64,000 nt of DNA from positions 186,001 through 250,000 of the forward strand of contig MCFH01000046.1 in NCBI GenBank assembly GCA_002104945.1, given 5' to 3'. The DNA is from Piromyces finnis finn (Eukaryota > Fungi > Neocallimastigomycota). The translations under genes were made by a program, and so were the position numbers. A model generated the notes under the pieces. It ran no database searches, was not told the DNA's origin, and saw only the letters and a list, made by a program, of their open reading frames with translations. This document shows positions 40,187-53,469 of the stretch, one piece after another. The number at the start of each line of letters is the position of its first letter. The first letter of the stretch is position 1.

Positions 40187-41020
40187 TTAATCCCGTAACC
40201 TATAGACTAAATGAATAGTCGATTCATCTTCGATATTGTAATCAGAAACAGTACGTTCATCATCTAATTGTTTACCTTTAAAAATTAAACTTTGCTCATC
40301 TATCGGAATACCTTCTATAACTTGAATCTTTGTTTTAACTTTTTTTATAGTATCAAAAAGATAAATATTTTTAATGGTAAAAATTTTATCTAAAGTTTGA
40401 ATATTAATATTTATAAGTGTATCTTCTTCATTATTTTCATTATTTAGACGACTATTTATGAGTTTTTTCAATGTTCGAATTTCATTTTCATTATTAATAC
40501 TCTTTTCTTTTATATTTTCAATTTCTTTTTTAAGATTCTCATTTTCTTTTTTCATCTCCTCCATTCTATTATTTTCATTATTTCTTTCTGTTGTATTATT
40601 ATTTAGATGACTATTTATGAGTTCTTTCAATGTTCGAATTTCATTTTCATTATTAGTACTCTTTTCTTTTATATTTTCAATTTCTTTTTTAAGATTCTCA
40701 TTTTCTTTTTTCATCTCCTCCATTCTATTATTTTCATTATTTCTTTCTGTTGTATTATTATTTAGATGACTATTTATGAGTTCTTTCAATGTTCGAATTT
40801 CATTTTCATTATTAGTACTCTTTTCTTTTATATTTTCAATTTCTTTTTTTATATTTTTGTTTTTTTCATTATTTTTATTAATGCTTTTGTCATTTAAGAG
40901 CTCTCTTAATTCTGTAATTTCATTCTTATAAATATGGATTTTTTGTTCTAATTCTTTAACATATCTAATATCATCTAATTGTTTTCTTTTTTTATATTCT
41001 AAAATTTCTTCATAATCCAT
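40187..41020 (-). CDS. Intronless protein: N-terminal coiled coil with 53-aa tandem repeats and a C-terminal ubiquitin-like domain ending LRD
   Basis: [55 protein letters not shown] aligns by eye with ubiquitin. 159-bp repeats at 40463/40622/40781. Confidence 0.8.
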   Translation of the reverse strand: MDYEEILEYKKRKQLDDIRYVKELEQKIHIYKNEITELRELLNDKSINKNNEKNKNIKKEIENIKEKSTNNENEIRTLKELINSHLNNNTTERNNENNRMEEMKKENENLKKEIENIKEKSTNNENEIRTLKELINSHLNNNTTERNNENNRMEEMKKENENLKKEIENIKEKSINNENEIRTLKKLINSRLNNENNEEDTLININIQTLDKIFTIKNIYLFDTIKKVKTKIQVIEGIPIDEQSLIFKGKQLDDERTVSDYNIEDESTIHLVYRLRD

Positions 41021-41251
41021 TTTTTTGAATTACTTTTTTTTCTTTTCCCGTTAATTAATATTGTTGATAAAGAAAAGATAGAAAAAGAGATTTTTTTTTT
41101 TTTTAGAAAGAGTTCCCTTAAATGTGCTTTTTGAATAAGTTAATTTTATTGGTTGAAACGCTTCCTTTTCCTTATTAACATATAATTTTGGACAGTTAAA
41201 ATTTTATTATAAATTATAAATTCATGATTTTTTATTTTTTTTTATTTTTTT

Positions 41252-41710
41252 AATAATTCAAAGAAATAGAAAGAACTTTCCAAATTAAACCAGATACTTT
41301 TAAGATATCTCCGTTCTTTGACGGTTTTTACAGAACTTTTAACCTAAATCATACCTTATGGCCAATAATGCTTAATGTTCAAAATGTTAAAAGCAAAAAT
41401 TAAGAACATTAATGCTTAATAAACAGTAAGACAGATCAGTAAGGGCAACGAAGCCAGTGGGGGTAATCATAATATTGTTTTTTTGACAAAATTTAATCTT
41501 TGACTTTGAGTCCTATTATTATTAGAAGTTAAATATAATTATTACCAATTCTTAATTAAAATTAATAAAATATATTGTACTCATTTTTTTATTCATTTAA
41601 GATAAGTTAAATTTATTTTAATTTTTAATTTTTTGAAATCTTGAGTTTTAAAACTTTTAATTAATATAATAAAGGCTTCAAAAATATTTGCTACTGCTTT
41701 TTCATAAAAA
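41252..41710 (+). mobile_element. Degenerate 5'-truncated fragment (ORF end plus 3' UTR) of the same LINE family
   Basis: Collinear matches to 39320-39800: aattcaaRgRaatRgaaagaacttt, tgacggt, aatgttcaaaa, aaacagtaagacag, atcataat, tgacaaaattt, aaaatatttg. ORF frame broken. Confidence 0.85.
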
Positions 41711-42610
41711 GGATTAAATTGTGAAGTTATTGAAACATTTTCAATCATACATTTTTATATATTAGTGAAGTTTACAAGTTCATGATTTAATTTTTTTTAT
41801 CCTTGTTTAGTAATCCATATATAGTCGGCTTAATAATGTTAAAAAATCTAGGAGTAACTAATCCACCCTTGTGATGTTACTATGTAATAAAAAATGAATA
41901 ATTATTTATTCATTTTTTCACTTAATTATTTTATTTTATTATTATTTTTTTAATTATAATATTAAATTAGATGTATATATGTTTTCAATTAGCTAAGTGA
42001 TTGTATTTATTATCTTGACTTTCTATCTCATTTAATTATTTATTCTTTTTTCATTTTTTCTTTTCTTTTTTTTTCTTTTTTTTTTTTTTTTTTTTTGGGG
42101 TGTGTGTGTGTGTGTGGTATATTTATTTTTTTAGTAAATTATTTTTAAAAATTTAATGTAATAGTTTTTCTTTTTTTATATTAAATTTTAAATTTTTCTA
42201 TATTTTCAATACAATCCATATATCTATATATTATTTATATTAATGAATATGTTTTTATTAGTGAAATTATCAAAAGGAAAAAATAAAAAATATTCATTTA
42301 GTAGGATTAATGAATTTTTTTTAATAATAGTTTTTGGTATTAATAAATATACAATTATCGTTGTTAACCTATCAACTTCAATATATCTTAGTTATATAAA
42401 TTCAATTTTCTATATTTTGCTATTTTATGAAGTGATTATAACTTTTTCCATAAAAGTTTAAATAATAATGATTTCTTAAATAAATGAAACTCATTTATCA
42501 GCCTATACATTCTTATAAGCGATTAAATAATATATTCTCTTGCAAGTATTTGTACTACTTAACAAGTAAAATTAAAGACAACTATAATTATATTATTAAA
42601 TATTTTGTCC

Positions 42611-42802
<192 letters not shown>

Positions 42803-43367
42803 TCCTTAATTTAAATTGCCAATATATATTCATTAATAGTTCAATGAACTACTTTTTAATAGATTTAATAAGGTAATTATTATATTATTATAATTAAGAG
42901 CACTGATATATCCCATATAGTATAATTTATATAGTTCATTGATTTGCTGTAATAAAATATACATATATCAATATGTAATAAATTAAATATATATAATTTT
43001 TGAATTAAATAATTAAAATTTAAAGTGTACTCTTCCTTTACTAAAAAAAAATATAATACTTAAAAATTTAATTTTTAATAAATTATAATATTTTATTTAA
43101 AGAAAGAAGAATAAATATATTATAATATTTAATTTTTTTTTATACTAAGAAATCTCAAATCCGTTTAAAGCTTTGATGTATAAGAATCAAATTTATATTA
43201 ATTTTTATAAATCATAATCAACTTTGACGAATTTTAATAATAGAAATCAAATATTCTGGAGTTTAAAGTAATATATATTTAAAATATATTTTTATTTATT
43301 ATTTTCTTATATTAAATTTCATTACAATTAATTATATATTATTTTAGCATTATGATTAGTATTATGA

Positions 43368-44345
43368 TCATGATCTTGCAGTTCCACATTCAGAACAGAA
43401 TTTATCTTTTTCTCCGAATTTGTTACCACATTCGGAACAGAATTTAGCAGTACCAGCTGGAGCTGGAGCTGGAGCTTTTGTTTTAGTTGGAGAAACTTTG
43501 GTAGGTGAAGCTTTTACTGGTGATGCTGTATCACTATTAGTAATTGGTTTTGGTTTAACAACTTTTGGTGCGACAGCTGTTGGCTTAGAAGCTGGAGCTG
43601 TAGCTTTTTTATCTTGTCCTCCTTGTGCTAATTTTTCTCTTCGTTTTTGAGCTTCACGAGCAAAATGTCCATCAGGTGTACAACTTCTTAAATGAATAGG
43701 TAAACGATCTGGGAGAAATTTTCTTTATTTATTGTCCCAGGAAAAAATCATGTATAATAATTGATTAATATTATTATATAATAATTTTTAGTAATATTAG
43801 AAAAAGTATGTAGAGAATATAATAATTTTTTATTTAGAGTTTATTAATATATGATTATTACCTTCCACAATTTGGACATGCTTCTCTACCTTGATCAAGA
43901 AATTGTTCTCTACATGCTTCATTATATTCATTGATTTCTTTTGCTGTCATCTTTTTACCACCAACAGGTGTTTCATTATCACCACCACCGATGACTGGTT
44001 TCTTTGGAATTGGTTTACCTGGATTCTCTAATTGAAATTTTTTAATACAATTTGGTTCATGAATTGAAAAACTTGCTGAAGAATAATTTCTACCACCTTA
44101 TTTATTTATTATTTTATAATAATATATGAAATAAATAATATCAATATTATTAAAATATTGAAATTATAATCCGAAAAATTTAGTTACAATGAGTTAATTT
44201 CCTAATTTTCTATTTTTTATGTTATTATTATTTTTTTCAATAATAGGAAATCTTTTTTAAACATATATTCCTTATATAACTTACATATATAACAAATAAC
44301 TAAATGTGGATGAGTTTTAGGTGCTTTTGCTGTACTGACACTCAT
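43368..44345 (-). CDS. C2HC zinc-finger protein (ZNF474/ZC2HC1-like), 3 exons
   Basis: Spliced: MSVSTAKAPKTHPHLVICYI|CGRNYSSASFSIHEPNC...ACPNCGR|KFLPDRLPIHLRSC...KFCSECGNKFGEKDKFCSECGTARS*. Confidence 0.78.
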
Positions 44346-46053
44346 TTTGAAATTTTGAATATGCACTAGATTATTTTATATTTTAATATTTAAAGTAAAA
44401 TAATAAAATTATAAAAACAAAAATATAAATAAAAAAATTTTTTTTTTTAGTATATTTTAAGTCTATAAAAAGAGATTTAGTTTTTTTATTTTTTATTATT
44501 ATTATTATTATTTTTTGAATAAATATGTGTGGTAATTATATGTAATTTAATTATATTTTATTAATATCATTTATAATAAAGGAAAAAATATCATAATTTA
44601 TATATAGTATATATTTTTTATAAAACAAAAACTTTAAATATATATGCTTTTCTTTTTTTTTTTTAAAAAAATGGGTAATTTATTGATATGGAATAATTAT
44701 GATTATTAATAAAATATAAAAAGATAAACATTAATGTATTATATATATTATATATAGTATATTAGTATCTTTTTGTATTAATTTTACATATAGTTTCAAC
44801 AAAGTATAAAAAAAATATTTTTATTAATGTATTATTATTATAATTAAAACTTTAAATTCCTTTCTATTAATTTAATTCTTATAATTGTGATTTTCATCAA
44901 GTTTAGGAAAATTATTATTTTTGTGTAACAATTAATCCAATCTACTTTTTTTTATTTTTTTTTATTTTATTATAAGAAAAATAATGTTTATATAGATAGA
45001 TAAAATAGGATTAATAGATCAATAAATTAATTTTATGAAAATAATACATGGAGAAAAAAAATAGAAATAATGGTATTATGATCTTTTTATTTAGCTAAAA
45101 AATTACTCAAAATTTCATATTTATATAAAATATAATGATATGATATATCTATGTATTTTAGTTTACATATTTTATTTAAAACAAATAATAATATATATAT
45201 ATATATAAAAGAGAATAGAAACTAAATATTCATATAAAACATATTATATTTTACCATTTATAAATAATAAAATTGTATTAAAACAATTTACCTTATTTAT
45301 AAAATGAAAGTAAAGATTTTTATTTTTATTATTTATCTTTTAAAGTAAATTAAAATTTAATAAAAATTTCTTAAGATCATTTAATATTTTTGTAATATCC
45401 AAAATTATATTAGTATGGCTCAATTTAATTTTATTTCATACCATAATATAATTTAATATTTGTTATTATTATAAATTTAAATTTTTACTATTCTATGTAT
45501 AATTATATAATTATATATATAGAAAATAAAGTCAAACAAAATAAAGTCAAACTGCTTTATATAATTATATTTCGATTTTATATATAAAAATTTATATGAT
45601 AATATTGTATTTTTTATAAGTATTCTAAATTTTATAAACTTTAAAATTTTTATTTATTAACTATATTATTTAATATATTATTAAAAATAGAGATAAATAA
45701 TAAATTATTAATATATTATTAATAATAAAATAATCTTTTTTTTAAATATTTCATTTTTTAAAAATTTATTGTAAATACATCTTTTATATGCTCTTTATAT
45801 ATTTGTATAATATTTCAAAAAGACTCTATTTTTTTTGATTAAAAAAGAAAGATAAAGCAATAATTAAATCCACAATATCAAAATAAATTCATAATATCAT
45901 TGTTGAAATAATTCAATATTAATTACACAGTATATAAAAATTCATATTCAATTTTAAAAATACTAAAAAATTAAGAAGACAGACCAATAAAAATAATATA
46001 AAATATTAAATATATTTATATATATCATTGTAGAAAAGAAATATTAGATAATA

Positions 46054-49000
46054 ATGGATAATAATAAAATCATATCAGATTTATGTAGATTTGGCGATTT
46101 ATTAATATCGTTAAATAAAAAGACTGATAGTATAAAAGAAGCTTTGTACAATGTATTAAAAATAGTTGGTGTTGATGATAGTAATGATGTTACTTCACCA
46201 GTATCATTAGAAGATTCAAATAATGAACTTTCTTCAGCTAAATTATTACTATTTTCTGATCCATCATTAAAAACATTTGTTAAAAATGTTTTGAAAAAGT
46301 TTCCAAATATTGGAGATATAAACAAAGTAAATATACAGCAATAATGAATAAGTATTTACTATTATAATATTATGTACCAATTATATACACTATTTATACA
46401 TATTATATAATTAATAATATAATAATAATAATACATATTATATATATTGAATTAAAAGCTTTCTGGATACGATAAATTTTCGGTTGCAAGAAATGATGTT
46501 TTAAATGAATTAAAACCAATTTATGATGTTTTAACAAAGACTTTTGAATTTCAAGAAATTGCTTTAGAATTATTATTGCAATATGATAACTTAGCAAATT
46601 TCAAAGTAAAGATTAATTTTATTATTAAACGATAAATTAAAACATATATTAAAACAAATAAATTTAAAATTGAATAATAATATAATATCTAATATTTTAC
46701 TTAATTTTAACAAATAATTTACTAAATAAATGATAATTAGACAAAAGTTAACTATGAATTAATGGAAAATTATTTGGAATTATTCGTTAATTTTATTTAT
46801 ATTCACATTTTACTTAAAAGAATTGGTAAAGAAAAGATTCCAATTATTATTTGTTGTGCAGATGCTTATCAATCTATCAATGGTATTGAAGAAAAATCAT
46901 ACAAAACGTAAATATTATATTATATATATATATATTGAAAATTCTTATTTCTATTAGTTCATATAATTAATGTTATTTATTATTAAAAACATTATTTATA
47001 ATAAAATATTTTAATAAAAATATCTAATGATATTTTTGTGGATGTTTCTATAGTAATATAGAATTTTTAAAGACATATCAAAAATTTTATAGTGTTATTT
47101 TAGAAAAAATTGAAAAGATTTCAGCAAAGATTGTTTTAGCTGTTATTGAAATGAAAGATGATATTATTCAACAAATTAATTTTTCCACTGAATTATTACA
47201 AAATAATGCTACTTTAAGTTTAACTCCAGAAATGAGTGGTATTACCACAGCTCAAAAAACAGATGAGGTATAAAAAATATAATTATTTTTAATTCATTTA
47301 TATTGTAAATTAATTCAGTATTATTTAAAAAAAATAAAAGTATTTATATATGATTAGATCAATCGAAAAAAAAATAGCATTTGTAGTTGTTACTGGTATT
47401 TTCTGTCCATATGAAGCCATAAAACAAAATATATTTGTTGATATTTTCAAAAGTGTTGTATCTTTTCAGCTTGTTTTAAAAATTACCAGAGATGAAGTAC
47501 GATATAAATATATATTAGTTTTTACAGCAAATTAGACTTTTTAGATATAATTCAAAAATACATAAATAAGAAAAACAAAATTTTAAGTATATAATTTACT
47601 AATTATTAAAATATTGTAATATAAAGGTATTTGTAATCTCTGATGAACTTGATAATATTGTTAAGGCTAACTCAAAAGCAGGAAAATTTAAAGCAGCTGT
47701 TAGGTAAATTCATTATAAATATCATTAAGTAAAGAAACTTTTTATATTCATTATTCAAAATACCATTATTTTTTTAATTACAATTTATGATTTATATTTA
47801 GTGATTCAATCAATAGTGCTTCTACTTTAGCACTTCCTTTCCACAAGGAAAGAAGAGATTATATAATGCATCAATTAAAACAAACTTTATGTGTATTTGA
47901 AAACCAAGAATATTTCGGAAATAAATTCCAAGTTAGAAGATATACAATTAATTAATTAAAATTATTTTATTATGGGTTAATAATAATTTCAATTAATAAT
48001 AATATTAAATGATTGAATTTTCTTATATATATAATTAGGTTATTCTTGCTACATTAGGTATTGCCAAATTTGAAATTTTTTGGTATTTCACTCATTATGA
48101 TAGATTATATATTGAAAACAAGAAACAGAATTCAAAACAACCTAAAAAAGTAGTTGATGTAAATATGATTGAGTTAATATCTTTGGTTCATGAATTATGT
48201 AGTGGTATTCTTCAAAATGATGAAAGTAAGCTAAAAATTTTTAATATATATTATATAACATTGTAATATTTGATTAATAAAACATTTATATATTATATAA
48301 TATCTTCTTAAAATAAATTTTAAGTTTTGGAAAAATTTTTCGTTCAATTTATTAAAGATGAAGTTAATTGTGAAGACATAAAAAATATTTATACATTATT
48401 ACAAACAGGAAATTATTTATCTGATAATATTATTAAACTTTTTGATGAAATTTTCGCTATTGCAAATGACATTACCACTGAAAATATTAAAAACATGAAT
48501 AAAGAGGGAAAATTAATTGTATGTATATTAACTATAAATATTGTTATTAAAAATAATATACAAATATAATGATATAAAAATTAATTAGAAATTGATATGT
48601 TTTTTATATATATTTAATTTTATTATATTTTTGTGATGCTTCATATTAATAGACATTACATATTGATTGGATTAGAATTCAATTAAGTAATATTTTACCA
48701 AAATCTTTGGTTGTTGAAAATATTGAAATAAATAAAATATATAATGTTATGGAGAAGCTTTCATATAGAATTAGGTATTTTAATTATTATATAATATTTT
48801 ATAATAAAAATTAATTAACATAGTATTTTTTTTTATTAAAATTTAAAAAACATCTACTATAAATATTTAATAATATATAGAATGATAATGAATATTAATG
48901 AATTCTTTGAAAAATTATGTGGATTAAAAGAAATTTTCTATTACAGAGATAATTTATTAAGCATTTTACAAGAATGTTTTGATGTAAAATATTATGAACA

Positions 49001-52000
49001 AGCCAAACATGTTAATATTTGTGGTATTCTTGCTGAAAAATTCACTTCAAATGTTTCACCATTGTGGCCAAATGAATTGAAATATTTATCTTCTCAAAGT
49101 ATTAAATATGCTGAAGAGGTTTATAGTACTATTAGTCAACAGGCAGCTATTATTTTACATAAAATTGCTCTTCAATATATTGAATATGAAAAACAAGTAT
49201 ATATATTTTATTTTATATAATATTCTTATTATTATATAATAAGTTTCATTTTTTATTTATAATTATGTTTGACTGAATTTATTGTTATATATTTATTAAA
49301 TATTATTAAATATAGGCTTTACCTGAAAGAATCATTACAAAATTAGAGGAAAATAAGAATAGAATAAATAATAAGAAACAAGTTCTTCAATTTGAAAAGA
49401 ATAATACTATTCAACAACAAGTAAAGCCAGGAATTGAAAGCTTAATGAAAAGTGAAAAACCATGTGAAGATGAGTAAATATAATATTTTATATATTAATA
49501 TTACATTAGAAATATTCATTATTTTCATTCTAAAATATTATTAAATGATAAAAAAATAGACTTGCTAATAATAGATGGTTATTACGTAACTTAGTTAGTT
49601 CATTGTCCTTTACAAGATCAGTTGTTTATAATATTTCTTTTAATCCATCTTCTTTCTTAACCGAAGCTTTAGCACAAACATTTAGAGAATATTTAGGCTA
49701 TGTCTCATTTAAATCTAATACTTATTGCCCACAAATGCAAAACAATAATTCAGAAGATAGTTCTTTATTAAATATAAAAAGGCCATCTGAATTATTATCA
49801 GATATTAAAACGTATATTAATTCTTTAAATATTATTGATGGTTGGGTTAATATTGGATGTACTGAATTAATGACTAAAGTTTTAGAAGAAGAACTGGATC
49901 CAGAAAGGCATGAATATATATACAATTCTTCATAGTTTATTCTAATATTATAATATAATAATTTTTTTTAAAATCTTTTATCAATATATTTAAATAAAAT
50001 TTACAGAGCAAAGAAATTCTTTGAAAATAATGTTGAAAAATTAATATCACCAAATAAAAAACAAGTTGGCTTAGATATGTTCAGACATGGTAATACTGAG
50101 AGAATTAATATTAATAACCAACCAATTTTAGTTACTTATTCATATTGGTAAATATAAAATATAAAATTATTAATTTAATATTAATATTAAGTTATAGTAA
50201 TACTTTTTTTTATATTTAAATTATGTATTGAATTAATTAAATTTTTATAGGTATTCTGAATTTGTTTCAACAAGATCATCCAGTGTTGCTATTTCTTTAA
50301 GTGATAAATCTCTATTTAACCGTCCACCACTTCGTCCTTCATCAAATTATTCTGCTTTCCCAGTAGAAGAGTATACTTCAATGAGAGAACTTATCGCTTT
50401 GTCAGAGTTAGTTGGTTCTGAAGGTATCAAATATATTAATGAAAAATTAATTAAGAATCTTATAATGCTTACTTCTTCAATTAAGGTTAGAATATATATA
50501 ATGGAAACATATTATATTTATATATATAAATTGAAAAGTTTATTAATTTATATATATTTTATATCATATTATTATTATTTTTAGAATATTATTGTGGAAA
50601 ATCAAGAAAATTTAAGAAAAATAAATGATTGTGCTGATGATGATACAAAGATGATAACCGCTATTAAGCAAATAAAATGTTAGTTTTTTAATATATTATT
50701 TATATTATTTACGATATTTAATAGATATTATATATTAATATATATATATATAAAGTATCATCTGATGTTTATGATAAAGTTATATCCTTTGGTTTCATTT
50801 ATGAATTTAGACTTAAGTTGAATGCTGCTTTAACAAAGGTAATAATTAATTTTAATTAAATATTAATATTCTTAATATTTATATTTAAAAAATTTATAAT
50901 TCATTTATAGGTTACACAAGATAATTCCTTCTTAATTTATGATAGTGTTAAAAACATTCACACTCATTACAAGATGAATATTTATGAATTCCCAGAATAT
51001 TTAGTAATTTTTTTAATTTAAAAAATAAAAGCATTTAATTACATAAAATGAAATGTTTAGTGAAAATTACTGATTCATTCTTTTATTTTTTCAATAATTT
51101 TATATTTCATTAATATTATATAGAATTTTGATAATTTGGCAAATGATTATGGAATGTTATTTAATGTTGATTGTGCTTTAAGGGAAGGATTAAAAGATCT
51201 ATGTAATTTAATTAGTGATGATGCCAAGATATGGACTTTACTTCCATCCTTCTTTACTACTCTTATTTATTATTTATGTTATCAAGATAATTTTGGATAC
51301 AATTCCTCTAATAATAGTAATATTTTATATAAATGAAATAATATAATAAATATTTTACTAATCAAAATTTAAAATGAATACTTAAAATAATAAGGTATCG
51401 AAAATAATGGCCAATGTATTGCAACAACATTTAATATTTTAAGTACAATTATCATTGCAAATATTTCGCAAATGAAAATAGAAACTATTACTTCATGCCA
51501 ACAACAATTCATTAATGTATGTGTGATTAATTTATAAAGTTTTTACACATTGAATAAGTTAAATGTGAACAATGCTAATATTAAAATATAAATCTAAATA
51601 TTAAAATATTAATTATTAAATTTTTGTATTTCAAATAAATAATTAGATGTCAGCTTTAATTCTTATGAGATTAAAATGTCTTAATCCAACTGATAAAGAA
51701 TATCCAAAAGAATTGGACTGTTCCTGGTATATATTAAACACAGTAAGTTATAATATAAAAACAATATTTTATATTCTATGTATTCATATTTATAATGGAA
51801 AAATATTAATTTTATTATTATGAAATAAAACAACAACACTGATATAGTTGATTAACAATTCTGAGTTTTTAAAGTCTTCAAAATCTTCGGTTAATTATGC
51901 AATCATACAACTTGTTAATTCAAAGATTACTAAGAACAGAATTGATTATTTACAGGAATTACAACAAAAAGCTTCGATTAATTCACCAATACAACAAGTT

Positions 52001-52021
52001 AATGATGAAATCATTGATTAA
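46054..52021 (+). CDS. NCKAP1: Nap1/NCKAP1/Hem subunit of the SCAR/WAVE regulatory complex, many short exons
   Basis: LFSDPSLKTFVKNVLKKFP, YELMENYLELFVNF, KPGIESLMK, FNPSSFLTEAL, KRPSELLSDIKTYI and EEYTSMRELIALSELVGSEGIKYINEKL follow NCKAP1 blocks in order. An upstream exon cannot be excluded. Confidence 0.85.
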
Positions 52022-53469
52022 ACAATATTTCATATTAAATTATATTTAACAGAATAATTTGAATTGTTCTTAACTATTTTAATATTATGTGGATTATAAA
52101 ATAATTATAATAATTATGAAAAATATTTGTATAATATATTATGTAAAATATATATAATTAATAAAAAATTAACTTAAATAGATAAAACTATAAATGTTAA
52201 TAATAAAACCTTTTTTTCAAACATATTAATAATGTGGTTTTAAAAGTATACATATATTATTAATAATCATTTAATATCTTTTTTTTTATTATTATTTCTT
52301 ATTTTATATTAAATAAAATTTATTACAGATAGATTAGTTATTTGCTATTTGTTAATAAATGTAAAATTTAAAGTGATATAAAAATTTGTGATATTAAGTT
52401 TTTTAGTTTTATAATGTTATTAATATAAAATCATAATAATATAAAACAACAATGTAAACGTATAATTCATATAGTTCTAGTCTTCAGTATAAATAGAAAA
52501 GAATAATTAAAATTAAAGAGAGATTCTTAGAATTTAATAGTTTAAAACAGCAAGATTAAATATTTTAGTATTTATTTAGAGAAAAAATAAATTGAAACGT
52601 GATTTATAAAGTTTTTAAAATTTATATTATTTAAAGTTTTTCTACATAAAAATAACCCTTATAGCCAGATTTAACATGTGATTAATATATAATCTCACAA
52701 AATCACATTTTTTATATTTAATTAAATTTTTTAGGAATGTGATAGATATAGAAAATGGAGCTTGGTCATTCATATTAAAAAAAAAAAACTACTAATAATT
52801 ATTAATATTAATGAAGTCATTTTTTTTTTTATTTCATTAAACCAAAAGTCACTACTATTTATTTATAAAATAAAAAATAGTATGTTATATTAACTTATTA
52901 AATAAAATATTATCTAAAATGAAAATATAGAGAAATAATAACAAACAAAATAAGATCCTCCATTAGTTTTTAAATTTAAGTGTAACAAGAAAAATTATAT
53001 AATTTATTTTTTAAAATCAATATGATAAATACTAATATTAAAAGTATAAATAATTAAATTAATTTAATAATAAATTTCATATACCAAAAATTTTATGTTT
53101 AAAATTAGGAATATTACCATTAATTTAATTTAATTAAATTGTTATTTTTTTTTTTTTTTTTTTGTTACAATTAAGCGATGAATTCAATTTTTATTTTTAA
53201 ATTCAAATATTACAAAAATTATAAAAATGAAAGAGTAATAGTATTAAAAATAAAATAAAATTATAATTAACAAAATATTAAGAAAGAAACAAAAAATAAA
53301 AGAAAAAAAATACTAAAATAATTATAATTATTATAATTGTCTTTAAATTTCTTTAAAAAATTGAATTTCAATTTAATAACATAAGAAATTATTAGTAAAA
53401 TAAAAAACATATATTATTTTTATTATTATCATAAAAAACATAATATTTATAATTTATAAAAAAAATATA

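Noticed and set aside
41860-41880. Small AGTAAC/GTTACT hairpin
   Set aside because: Short and single-copy; expected by chance.
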